Made by a program: the position numbers and the translations under genes. A stretch of DNA of 64,000 nt, from NCBI GenBank assembly GCA_017436345.1, contig JAFSDH010000004.1, positions 2,661 to 66,660 of the forward strand, read 5' to 3'. Under the pieces are notes generated by a model, which did no database searches, had not been told where the DNA came from, and was given only the letters and a program-made list of their open reading frames with translations. Shown here piece by piece: positions 35,244-44,267 of the stretch. The first letter of the stretch is position 1, and every line of letters starts with the position of its first letter. Source of the DNA: Bacilli bacterium (GTDB lineage Bacteria; Bacillota_I; Bacilli_A; RF39; UBA660).

Positions 35244-35780
35244 ATGCAAAATATAAAACCAATTGAAAAGAAAATATTAATTGTCATGGCAATTGTTTTT
35301 GTTGGATTAATAATATTTGGTTTGACAAGAGAATATAAACATGATGAAGAAACATTAGTTAAAGAATATGAAGTATTCGCTATCAAAGATGAAAATAGAT
35401 ATCTTTCTATAACATCAGCTATTACGACATACATAAATAATGTAAGAGCAAAAAATGTTGATAATTTAATGGTAATCTTAGATAAAAAATATGTTGAAGA
35501 AAATAAAATTAATTTATCAAATGTATTGGATATATTAGAAAAATATGATACAAATTACATCGTGAATATACGTGAAATTTATCAGGTTATGGAGTTTGAT
35601 GATATAACAATATACTATCTCAAAGGACGAATAATGAGAGAAATCTTTGAATCTTATGAGCAAGAATATATAAGAGATAATTATTATAAAATTACTATAA
35701 ATGAAAATACTTTAGCTTTTGCTATTGCGCCACTTTCTAAAGAAGAATATATAAGTAAGGTTGGTGATAAAGATGAATAA
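35244..35780 (+). CDS. small N-terminally anchored protein, VirB8/TcpC-like (NTF2-fold) candidate
   Basis: ATG at 35244 follows a GAGGTGA RBS; the ORF track starts at 35202, inside the upstream gene. One TM, then a ~150-aa domain (AITTYINNVRAKNVDNLMVILDKKYVEEN...). The call rests on position and size only. Confidence 0.3.
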   Translation: MQNIKPIEKKILIVMAIVFVGLIIFGLTREYKHDEETLVKEYEVFAIKDENRYLSITSAITTYINNVRAKNVDNLMVILDKKYVEENKINLSNVLDILEKYDTNYIVNIREIYQVMEFDDITIYYLKGRIMREIFESYEQEYIRDNYYKITINENTLAFAIAPLSKEEYISKVGDKDE

Positions 35781-36255
35781 TAATCCAACTAGAATTCTTT
35801 TTGTTATTGCTGGTGTTGCTATTTTACTTTTGTTTGGTCTTTTTACTTATAATGAAAATGCATCGAGTGAGAAAAGAGAAAAAATTATTAAAGAAAAAAC
35901 AGAGGCTGTTGATACAACTAATGAACCATCAGAAGTTAATATTTATTCTGTTAAAAGTGTTAATCAAGAAGAAATGGCAAAACTGTATTATTATGATTAT
36001 AAAAATTTAATTGTAAATTTTGAAGATGAAGCATATGCAATGATAGAAAATAGTGATGTTATTACTAAAGCATCATTTATGGATTATCGTAATCAATTAA
36101 TGTCTGATTACTATAATTACAATTTTGAAAGTTTTTCATACTATAAAGAAACAACAACTAATAGCTATGTTTATCGAGTAACGACTACTCAAGGAGAAAT
36201 ATTTTCTTTTAAAACAACAGCTGTAATGCAATATAAGGTTAATATTGAATTATAA
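35773..36255 (+). CDS. small N-terminally anchored protein, second VirB8-like candidate
   Basis: The ATG at 35773 (MNNNPTRILFVIAGVAILLLFGLF) is more plausible than the TTG at 35761. One TM plus a ~130-aa domain. No family recognised. Confidence 0.3.
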   Translation: MNNNPTRILFVIAGVAILLLFGLFTYNENASSEKREKIIKEKTEAVDTTNEPSEVNIYSVKSVNQEEMAKLYYYDYKNLIVNFEDEAYAMIENSDVITKASFMDYRNQLMSDYYNYNFESFSYYKETTTNSYVYRVTTTQGEIFSFKTTAVMQYKVNIEL

Positions 36256-36259
36256 AATG

Positions 36260-36287
36260 TTGAATTTTCAAATAAATTTGTTATAAT
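36260..36287 (+). promoter_or_regulatory. sigma-A type promoter upstream of the coupling-protein gene
   Basis: TTGAAT (36260-36265), a 16-nt spacer, then extended -10 TGtTATAAT (36279-36287). Confidence 0.55.
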
Positions 36288-36321
36288 ATTATTGAATTTT
36301 GAATGAAAGAGGGAATTACAC

Positions 36322-38616
36322 ATGAAATTTAGGTTTAGGGCTGACGCACAAGACGTATTAATATTTGTATTATTTGCAATATTCTTATTGTATGTTGTGT
36401 CATTAGGTGTAATAAATTTATCATATTTAGCTGAAGGAGAAAGTTTAACATTAAATCCATTTCCAGCTTTTAGTCCAGAATATCTTACAAGTACAATTGT
36501 ATTCTATATAATAGCTTTAATTGCTTTATTATTAAGTGTTAGTTCATACTTTTTTGATCGAGAAGAAGGAGTGGGATTCTCACTTGGTAAAAAAGATAAA
36601 GGCTACAGTAGATGGGCTAAAGATAAAGAAATGAAAGCTGTCTTAAAAGAAGTTGATCCAAAACAACCAACAAGTGAATACGCGGGTATTCCACTAATTA
36701 GTAAAAATGGTAAGCTATGGGTTGATAATGGTGAATATCATACTTTAGTTATTGGGGCTACTGGTGCTGGGAAAACACAAAGTACAATTTTACCAGCAAT
36801 TCAATGTTTAGCTAAGAAGGGTGAATCAATGATTTTGACTGACCCTAAAGGTGAATTATATGAAGGAACTGGGGAACTATTAAAATCTAAAGGATATGAC
36901 ATTATTGTATTAAACTTCCGTAGTCCACAAAAGGGGAATGCTTGGAATCCAATGACATTACCATATAGACTTTATACAAGTGGTAATAAAGATAAAGCAA
37001 TCGAATTGTTAGATGACCTTGCATTAAATATCCTATATGAAGAAAATAGTGGTAATTCAGATCCATTCTGGGAAAAAACTTCAGCAGACTATTTTTCAGG
37101 TTTAGCACTTGGATTGTTTGAAGATGCTCCAGAAGAAAAAATTAATATAAATAGTATTAGTTTAACTACTACAGTAGGTGAAGAAAAATGTGGTGGTTCA
37201 ACTTATGTAAAAGAATATTTCAATTTAAAAGATCCTAACTCTCCAGCTTATATTAACGCTAGTGGTACTATTATGGCACCAAACGAAACAAAAGGATCAA
37301 TTATTTCTGTATTTAAACAAAAAGTAAAACTATTCTCATCTCGTGAAAATTTATCAGAGATGTTAAGTTATAGTGATTTTGATTTGAGAACTATTGGTGA
37401 AAGACCAACTGCTGTATTCATAATTATTCAAGATGAAAAGAAAACATACCACTCACTTGCAACAATCTTTATTAAACAATGTTACGAAACATTAATTGAT
37501 GTTGCACAAGAACATGGTGGAAAACTTCCTTGTCGTACAAACTTCTTGCTAGATGAGTTTGCTAACATGCCGCCATTAAAAGATGTTACAACGATGATTA
37601 CTGCTGCTCGTTCAAGACAAGTACGTTTTACAATGATTATCCAAAACTTTGCTCAATTAACGCAAGTATATGGTAAAGAAAATGCTGAAACAATAAAAGG
37701 TAACTGTGGTAACATTGTTTACTTAATTTCAACTGAGTTGTCAGCTTTGGAGGAAATTAGTAAATTATGTGGTGAAGTTAAATCTAAGAAAGATGATAAA
37801 ACAGCATCTACACCACTTGTTACAGTATCAGATTTACAACGTATGAAACAATTTGACCAAATTGTATTACGTTTACGTATGCAACCGTTTAAAACATCTT
37901 TTACACCAAACTTTAAAATAGATTGGGGTAATCAAAAATTCCCTAAAATGGGCTATATAGAAAGAGAAAAACGTCCAGTACAAGTATTTGATGTACGTGA
38001 ATTTGTTAAAGAAAAACGTCAACAAAAAATTAGAGAAATGATGATGGACAATAGTGGTAGTGCTGCACCTGCAGGAGTAGGTGGAGGAATAATGTCTACA
38101 CCAGCACCAACACCTTTAATACCACCATCTCAACCAAAAGATTCTCCAGTATCTTCTGCAAGTAATACTGGAAGTCAATCTGTAGATATAGATGATTTAG
38201 TTAGAAAAATAGATGCTAAAATAGCTGAAATAGAAAAAGAAGAAAAAGCTAAAAATGATGCTGCTAAAAAAGATCAAGAACAACCAAAATCATCTGGTGG
38301 AATTTTATCTTCTCCAAGTGTTGTTGAAAATAAAGAAGTTAATAATAAAACAGTCATTAAGGAAGATACATTTATTTCTAATGAAAGCATTGAAAACAAA
38401 GTAAATGAGATGTTTACTAATAGTGCTTTTGAAGAAAAAATGGATAGAATTGATGAGAAAGTTGAAGAAACAATTATTAAACCTGGTGAAATTATTAAAG
38501 AAGAAAGTATTGTTGAACCTAAACCATCAGTTACTTCTCAAACACCAGCAAAACCAACAATATCACTTGATGATATCGATGAAAATCAATTTTTTGATGA
38601 TTTTTTTGAAGATTAA
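36322..38616 (+). CDS. VirD4/TraG-type type IV coupling protein (T4CP) with long disordered C-terminal tail
   Basis: Two N-terminal TMs. Walker A VIGATGAGKTQS and Walker B NFLLDEFANMP, plus RSRQVRFTMIIQNFAQL. The last ~230 aa are low-complexity and end in DDIDENQFFDDFFED. Confidence 0.85.
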   Translation: MKFRFRADAQDVLIFVLFAIFLLYVVSLGVINLSYLAEGESLTLNPFPAFSPEYLTSTIVFYIIALIALLLSVSSYFFDREEGVGFSLGKKDKGYSRWAKDKEMKAVLKEVDPKQPTSEYAGIPLISKNGKLWVDNGEYHTLVIGATGAGKTQSTILPAIQCLAKKGESMILTDPKGELYEGTGELLKSKGYDIIVLNFRSPQKGNAWNPMTLPYRLYTSGNKDKAIELLDDLALNILYEENSGNSDPFWEKTSADYFSGLALGLFEDAPEEKININSISLTTTVGEEKCGGSTYVKEYFNLKDPNSPAYINASGTIMAPNETKGSIISVFKQKVKLFSSRENLSEMLSYSDFDLRTIGERPTAVFIIIQDEKKTYHSLATIFIKQCYETLIDVAQEHGGKLPCRTNFLLDEFANMPPLKDVTTMITAARSRQVRFTMIIQNFAQLTQVYGKENAETIKGNCGNIVYLISTELSALEEISKLCGEVKSKKDDKTASTPLVTVSDLQRMKQFDQIVLRLRMQPFKTSFTPNFKIDWGNQKFPKMGYIEREKRPVQVFDVREFVKEKRQQKIREMMMDNSGSAAPAGVGGGIMSTPAPTPLIPPSQPKDSPVSSASNTGSQSVDIDDLVRKIDAKIAEIEKEEKAKNDAAKKDQEQPKSSGGILSSPSVVENKEVNNKTVIKEDTFISNESIENKVNEMFTNSAFEEKMDRIDEKVEETIIKPGEIIKEESIVEPKPSVTSQTPAKPTISLDDIDENQFFDDFFED

Positions 38617-38640
38617 AAGCCTTATGGCTTTTTTTATTTT
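38616..38640 (+). terminator. rho-independent terminator after the T4CP gene
   Basis: Stem AAAGCC (38616-38621), loop TTAT, stem GGCTTT (38626-38631), then a T-run. Confidence 0.7.
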
Positions 38641-38690
38641 TATATTATTTATAAAATATATATGATATAATTTTAATAGTAGGTGGTAAT

Positions 38691-39194
38691 ATGAGTAATA
38701 AGAAAAAAATAAAGAAAGAGAGTAAAAAGACAACTATTAAAAATTTAATTTTTATATTTATTGTGATATTTATAATAGGAATAATATTTATACTTTCTAA
38801 TAATACTAATAAAAAAGATAATAATGGTTTATTTTATTTTAATACATCAGAATTCTCTAATATAACAGCAATTGGCCTACCTGAATATCAAGCTTCATTA
38901 AATTATGAAGATAAATCAATTATTTTCATTTGTAGTAATGAGAGTGAAGATTGTTACAATACTTTAAATAATTTAAATAGTGTAGGAAAAGATAAAAATA
39001 TAAGTATTGAATATTTAAATGTTTTAGAATTAGTTGAAGAAGAAAAAAACGAATTACTACAACTTCTACCAGATTTTGAAAAAAAAGAATATCCATACTT
39101 AGTTGTTATAAATGAAAAAGAAAGTACTATTTATAAAGATTATTTAGAAAAAAGTCATATAGAAGAAATATTAAAAGATAATAAAATAAGTTAG
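38691..39194 (+). CDS. membrane-anchored thioredoxin-fold-like protein without canonical CxxC
   Basis: Lys-rich N-terminus plus a TM. IIFICSNESEDCYNTLNNL (C-x7-C rather than CxxC) and a YPYLVVINEKEST strand. Resembles 5119..5685. Confidence 0.35.
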   Translation: MSNKKKIKKESKKTTIKNLIFIFIVIFIIGIIFILSNNTNKKDNNGLFYFNTSEFSNITAIGLPEYQASLNYEDKSIIFICSNESEDCYNTLNNLNSVGKDKNISIEYLNVLELVEEEKNELLQLLPDFEKKEYPYLVVINEKESTIYKDYLEKSHIEEILKDNKIS

Positions 39195-39206
39195 TAAAGG
39201 TGAAAT

Positions 39207-40421
39207 ATGAAAAGAACGTTGTCATATATATTAATTTTTATATTAGTAATATTAATCTACCAATTGATTGTTGTATTTTTTGCTAATAGTCACGAAGTAG
39301 TATATGAGATAGTTAGTGATAATAATAACTATAAAATAAACGAAAAATATGTAAGGGATGATAGTGGGGATGGATATTATCTTTCAATATCAATAGATGA
39401 TAAAAACTATGCATATTACACAAATAATTATTTCAATAAGCAAAAAAGAATAATTAAAAATATAAAGTCATATGAAGAAAAAGATTATTTATGTATATAT
39501 CCAGTCGATATTAAACAAGAGAATAGTTTTGAAGTATTATGTAGTGATGGAAAAGAAACATATTCATCGTATTATTTAGAAAATAAAATCGATATTGAAA
39601 AGTTTTATAAAGAAATAGGAACAACTTATAAACATTTACAAAACTTAGAAGTTACTCATGATTATAATAATATGTCCTTTTATAAAAATAATTTTTATGA
39701 TAATGAATATTTAGAAGTATATCGTTATAAATCTTTATACGTATATAATAAAAATAAGAACTATGATATACAATTTTCTGATAAAGATATTTATAAAAAT
39801 AATTTAGGTGTTTATATTGATGAGTATTTCTTTGTACCTATCATTAAATCAAATTCCATTAAGTCATATTATTTAATTAATTGTTTAACTAATGAAAAAC
39901 AAACAATAGATTTAGATCAAGAATTATCAACCAATATATATATAATAGGAACATTAAAAGATAAAGTATATATATTTGATTTAAATAATAAATTAGAATA
40001 TGAATTAAGTACTGATGGATCTTTTAAACAAATTGGTAACGTTAATGATGGATTTACAATGTACAAAAAAGGTAGATGGGAAGATACTAGTATTACTGAG
40101 TTTACCAATAATCGTATAACTATCGAAAAAATAATAAGTGATGAATTCGTATATGATTATGAAAATATCTATGAATTAGATAATTCATATTACTTTGTTA
40201 GTGAAAATAAGCTATATAAAACTTATAAGGAAAATTTGGAAAGTAGAATATTACTTTTAGAATTAAATGATTATAGTAATCTACAAGTATCAAATGATAG
40301 AGTATACTATATAAGTGGGGAATATTTATATAGATATGATCAATATGGATTGAAAAATTTAGTTAAAAATAATGAATTTAACTATAATAATACTAATATA
40401 TATCATATATATAATGATTAA
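39207..40421 (+). CDS. N-terminally anchored extracytoplasmic protein, unknown function
   Basis: 404 aa. TM LSYILIFILVILIYQLIVVFF, then a Tyr/Asn-rich beta-type sequence with repeated ...Y.I.....LY..D patterns (propeller-like?). No family recognised. Confidence 0.4.
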   Translation: MKRTLSYILIFILVILIYQLIVVFFANSHEVVYEIVSDNNNYKINEKYVRDDSGDGYYLSISIDDKNYAYYTNNYFNKQKRIIKNIKSYEEKDYLCIYPVDIKQENSFEVLCSDGKETYSSYYLENKIDIEKFYKEIGTTYKHLQNLEVTHDYNNMSFYKNNFYDNEYLEVYRYKSLYVYNKNKNYDIQFSDKDIYKNNLGVYIDEYFFVPIIKSNSIKSYYLINCLTNEKQTIDLDQELSTNIYIIGTLKDKVYIFDLNNKLEYELSTDGSFKQIGNVNDGFTMYKKGRWEDTSITEFTNNRITIEKIISDEFVYDYENIYELDNSYYFVSENKLYKTYKENLESRILLLELNDYSNLQVSNDRVYYISGEYLYRYDQYGLKNLVKNNEFNYNNTNIYHIYND

Positions 40422-40494
40422 GGATTAAAAGTCCTTTTTCTTATATCTTTTATTGATTTTATATTTTTATTATTATAAAATAAAAAGTAGAGAA

Positions 40495-41892
40495 ATGAGT
40501 GATAATATGAAAAAAGATTTAGTAAATATATATAAAGAAACAGAAAAATATTTAAATGAAAAAGTAATCGTTGAAGGATGGGTTAGAAATCACCGTAAAC
40601 AAAAAGAATTTGGTTTTATAGATTTTTCTGATGGAACATGTTTTAAAACATTACAAGTAGTATATGACAATAAATTATCTAACTTCGATGAAATTCAAAA
40701 AATAAGAGTAGGTAGTGCAATTTCTGTAGAAGGAACACTAATTGAAAGTCCAAAAGAAGGGCAACCATTCGAATTACAAGTAGAGAACTTAGAATTATTA
40801 GGAGATTCTCCTGAAAATTATCCAATTCAACCAAAAAGACATACAAGAGAATTTTTAAGAGAACAAGCATATCTTCGTCCAAGAACAAATCTTTTCCAAG
40901 CAGTTTTTAGAATTAGAAGTTTAGCAGCTATGGCAATTCATGAATACTTTCAAAATAATGGATATGTCTATGTTCATACTCCACTAATAACATGTGCAGA
41001 CTGTGAAGGTTCAGATCAAATGTTTAAAATTACTACACTTGACTTTGATAACATAAAAAAAGATGAAGATGGCAAAGCTGACATGAAAGAAGATTTATTT
41101 GGACAAAAGGCTTTTGTTACAGGTAGTGGACAACTTCATGGAGAAGCATTTGCTCTTGCTTACAAAAAAATATATACATTTGGACCAACTTTTAGAACAG
41201 AAAATTCTAATACTAAGACACATGCTAACGAATTTTGGATGATAGAACCAGAAATAGCATTTTGTGATTTAAATGGTTTAATGGACGTAGAAGAAGAAAT
41301 GTTAAAATATGTAGTAAATTACGTATTAGAAAGAGCTAAAGAGGAGCTTACATTCTTAGATAATTTTGTTGAAAAAGGATTAATTGAAAAACTAACAAAA
41401 CTTGTTAATTCAGAATTTACAAGAATTACTCATGAAGATGCAATTACAATATTAAAGAATGCTAACGTTAATTGGGAATTTGAACCTGAATATGGTGAAG
41501 ACATTGCTAAAGAACATGAAAAATATATTACTGAGCATTTTGGGGGACCTGTATTTATTACAAACTGGCCAAAAGATATTAAAGCATACTATATGAAACA
41601 AAATCCAGATGGTAAAACAGTTGCAGCTGTTGATTTAGAAGTACCAGGTGCTGGAGAATTGATGGGTGGTTCTCAACGTGAAGAAGACTATGATAAATTA
41701 ATTAAGAGAATTGAAGAAATGGAAGTAGATCGTGAAACTATTGAATGGTATATCAATTTAAGAAAATTTGGTGGATGTGTTCATAGTGGATTTGGTATGG
41801 GATTTGAAAGACTACTTATTTATCTAACAGGAGTAGAAAATATAAGAGATGTAATTCCGTTCCCAAGAACTCCAGGATCATGTTTATATTAA
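40495..41892 (+). CDS. asnS: asparagine--tRNA ligase
   Basis: N-terminal OB fold (VIVEGWVRNHRKQKEFGFIDFSDGT). Class II motifs FRTENSNTKTHANEFWMIEPE, GGSQREE and GFGMGFERLL. The start is at 40495 or 40507; the ORF-track TTG at 40453 is unlikely. Confidence 0.93.
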   Translation: MSDNMKKDLVNIYKETEKYLNEKVIVEGWVRNHRKQKEFGFIDFSDGTCFKTLQVVYDNKLSNFDEIQKIRVGSAISVEGTLIESPKEGQPFELQVENLELLGDSPENYPIQPKRHTREFLREQAYLRPRTNLFQAVFRIRSLAAMAIHEYFQNNGYVYVHTPLITCADCEGSDQMFKITTLDFDNIKKDEDGKADMKEDLFGQKAFVTGSGQLHGEAFALAYKKIYTFGPTFRTENSNTKTHANEFWMIEPEIAFCDLNGLMDVEEEMLKYVVNYVLERAKEELTFLDNFVEKGLIEKLTKLVNSEFTRITHEDAITILKNANVNWEFEPEYGEDIAKEHEKYITEHFGGPVFITNWPKDIKAYYMKQNPDGKTVAAVDLEVPGAGELMGGSQREEDYDKLIKRIEEMEVDRETIEWYINLRKFGGCVHSGFGMGFERLLIYLTGVENIRDVIPFPRTPGSCLY

Positions 41893-41946
41893 AAAGACGA
41901 AAGTCTTTTTTTTATTTATATTCATATAATCTATTAGGAGGAATAT

Positions 41947-42396
41947 ATGGATATATATATAGTAAAAGAAAATGAGACAATTGAGGATATCGCTAAAAAA
42001 TTTAATCTTACTGTAAACGAAATAGGTAGGGTAAATGATATAAATCTATACGAAATAAAAGCGGGAGATACTATTTACATACCTTTTATATTATCAAATG
42101 ACTTTATTTATTATGAAATATTAGAAGGAGATACATTAAAGAATATTGCTTCTACTTTAAACATTGATTATAAGACACTTGCGTATTTAAATGGTATGGA
42201 TATAGATGATTATATATACCCTAAACAAGTAATAATTGTACCTAGAGAAAATGTTATGGTATACATTACGAAAATAGGAGATCGAATTAAAGATTTAGAA
42301 GAAAAATTTCAAGTACCAATAAGTAAAATAATAGAAGATAATCCAGATATATATCTAGTTGAAAACCAGTTAATAATAGAAAGAGAAAATACATAA
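41947..42396 (+). CDS. LysM-repeat protein (three LysM domains, no signal peptide seen)
   Basis: Three repeats of the LysM pattern: ETIEDIAKKFNLTVNEIGRVNDI, DTLKNIASTLNIDYKTLAYLNGM and DRIKDLEEKFQVPISKIIEDNP. Confidence 0.75.
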   Translation: MDIYIVKENETIEDIAKKFNLTVNEIGRVNDINLYEIKAGDTIYIPFILSNDFIYYEILEGDTLKNIASTLNIDYKTLAYLNGMDIDDYIYPKQVIIVPRENVMVYITKIGDRIKDLEEKFQVPISKIIEDNPDIYLVENQLIIERENT

Positions 42397-42458
42397 ATTC
42401 TCTTTTTTTTTTATTTGAAATAATATATACTTATTATAGAGAATAAGGGGATGAGATA

Positions 42459-44084
42459 ATGGTATTAAGAAAACCATATGCATTCTTAATAAAGAATTTT
42501 AAATTAATTCATTTAATATTAGCTATATTAATGGGATTGTTTTTTTCTAAATTAAGAAGTATAGCCGAATTTTTTAAAAATTATATAGACGAAGGAATTT
42601 ATGGTCAAGTATTTAATGCTGTGAGTGATAACGTTGGTGCTTTTGGAATTATATTACCTCTAATTATTATTGGAGTAATTATTTTAATCGCATATATTCT
42701 TCATATGAAACAAAAACCGATAAGGTTTTATATTGTTTCTGTAATAGCATTTATAGTTGAAATAATTGCAGTAATAGTAGCAACAGTTATATTAAATACT
42801 ATTCAACTAGGGCATCCAACAATGTTAATAGTAGATGTTTTCTACGACTTTTATAATATTATTTCTTATATTCCAATTCCTTTTATAATAATAACCATAG
42901 CAAGAGCTGTAGGATTTAATATTAAACAATTTAATTTTAAAAAAGATTTAATGGAATTAAACATAGCTGATGAAGATAGTGAAGAATTTGAATTAGAAGT
43001 AGATGTAGATACAGAAGATATAAAAGCAAAAATTAATCGAAAAATAAGATTTTTTAAATATATTTATTTGGAGAATAAACCAGCATTTATTATTGGTATA
43101 GTTGTCTTATTTTTAGCATCTATATTTGGTATATATACATATATAAATAGTATAGAAAAAATTTATGATGAAGGATATCAGTTTAATGCTTATGGATTAG
43201 ATGTAACTATTAATAAAAGTTATAAAACTAAATATGCCAGTAATGGTAAAGAAATTGATAAAAATAAATTCTTTATTGTTGTTGATTTAACTATAAAAAA
43301 TAAATATGAAACAGATCAAATATTACCATATGAATTTATTTATTTAAGATTAGATGAATTAGAAAAAATATCACCTACAGATAAATATAAGGAAGAATTA
43401 TCAGACTTTGGATTGAGATATGTGGAAAATGACAAGATAAAAGCTAAAGAAGAAAGACAAGTAATATTAGTTTATGAAGTTAGAAATAAATATAAGGATA
43501 ATAATTTTCGTCTAGAATATCTTTTAGATAAGATTCAAGAGGATGATAATTCTGGTAGTTATAAATATTCTAAGATTAATCTAAAACCAATTGAATTTAA
43601 AGAAGTATCTAAAATAAGTGAAAAAAAATTAACAGAAGAACTTGATTTTCAAGGAAGTTTAATTGAAGGAACTAAAATAAAAATAGATGAAGCTTATCTA
43701 GATAAGAAATTTAGTTATAAGTATAAACAATTAATTGGAGGACAAGAAAAAGAGTTCACAAAAACAATTGTTCCGACTGATACTGGTTCATATAAAAAAG
43801 CTGTTTTAAAATTAAAAGTTTATATTACCAAAAATGATAAGTTAAATAAAAAAGTATACGATAGTATATTTGAAAAGTTTGCTAATATTGAATATGAAAA
43901 AGAGGGAAAAGTATATAAACAAAAACCAGTAATTATCGATCTTACTCCATCTAATTCAGAATATACTTTCTTAGAAGTAGTAAATGATGCAACTTCAGCT
44001 GAAAAAGTTACATTAGTATTTACTATAAGAGATAAAGAATATCGATATATATTAATAGATAAAAAAATAGAAGAACAAAAATAG
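42459..44084 (+). CDS. polytopic membrane protein with large C-terminal extracytoplasmic domain (hypothetical)
   Basis: 541 aa with about 5 TM helices in the first 230 aa. The C-terminal segment FFIVVDLTIKNKYETDQ resembles DUF4352-type Ig-like domains; from memory, low certainty. Confidence 0.45.
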   Translation: MVLRKPYAFLIKNFKLIHLILAILMGLFFSKLRSIAEFFKNYIDEGIYGQVFNAVSDNVGAFGIILPLIIIGVIILIAYILHMKQKPIRFYIVSVIAFIVEIIAVIVATVILNTIQLGHPTMLIVDVFYDFYNIISYIPIPFIIITIARAVGFNIKQFNFKKDLMELNIADEDSEEFELEVDVDTEDIKAKINRKIRFFKYIYLENKPAFIIGIVVLFLASIFGIYTYINSIEKIYDEGYQFNAYGLDVTINKSYKTKYASNGKEIDKNKFFIVVDLTIKNKYETDQILPYEFIYLRLDELEKISPTDKYKEELSDFGLRYVENDKIKAKEERQVILVYEVRNKYKDNNFRLEYLLDKIQEDDNSGSYKYSKINLKPIEFKEVSKISEKKLTEELDFQGSLIEGTKIKIDEAYLDKKFSYKYKQLIGGQEKEFTKTIVPTDTGSYKKAVLKLKVYITKNDKLNKKVYDSIFEKFANIEYEKEGKVYKQKPVIIDLTPSNSEYTFLEVVNDATSAEKVTLVFTIRDKEYRYILIDKKIEEQK

Positions 44085-44125
44085 TTCTTCTTTTTTTAAA
44101 ATTTATAAAAAAATGATTAGCTTAA

Positions 44126-44154
44126 TTGACAAATAAAACTTAATAGTGTAATAT
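44126..44154 (+). promoter_or_regulatory. sigma-A type promoter for tRNA-Cys
   Basis: TTGACA (44126-44131), a 17-nt spacer, then TAATAT (44149-44154). The tRNA begins 31 nt downstream. Confidence 0.6.
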
Positions 44155-44184
44155 TATAAATACGGAACGAATAATATGAAATAT

Positions 44185-44258
44185 GGGTCTATAGCCAAGT
44201 GGTAAGGCATGGGACTGCAACTCCCCGAGCGTTGGTTCAAATCCGACTAGGCCCTCCA
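44185..44258 (+). tRNA. tRNA-Cys (anticodon GCA)
   Basis: GGGTCTATAGCCAAGTGGTAAGGCATGGGACTGCAACTCCCCGAGCGTTGGTTCAAATCCGACTAGGCCCTCCA. Has anticodon loop CTGCAAC, a T-arm GGTTCAAATCC, and an encoded CCA. Confidence 0.9.
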
Positions 44259-44267
44259 TATGTCAAT

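Noticed and set aside
35801-38665. Alternative-frame plus-strand ORFs 35801..36010 and 38405..38665, and minus-strand 36902..37108
   Set aside because: These Lys/Leu-rich translations are out of frame with well-supported genes (the VirB8-like candidate and the T4CP). They are considered artefacts of AT-rich sequence.
10664-40421. Alternative interpretation of the ~30 kb locus as a prophage or phage-like particle cluster
   Set aside because: There are no terminase, portal, capsid, tail tape-measure, holin or repressor-like ORFs. The ATPases carry T2SSE, VirB4 and VirD4 motifs instead, and most products have signal peptides or membrane anchors.
40422-40494. Possible T-box or other leader upstream of asnS
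   Set aside because: The intergenic region is only ~73 nt and contains just a weak hairpin. That is far too short for a T-box riboswitch.
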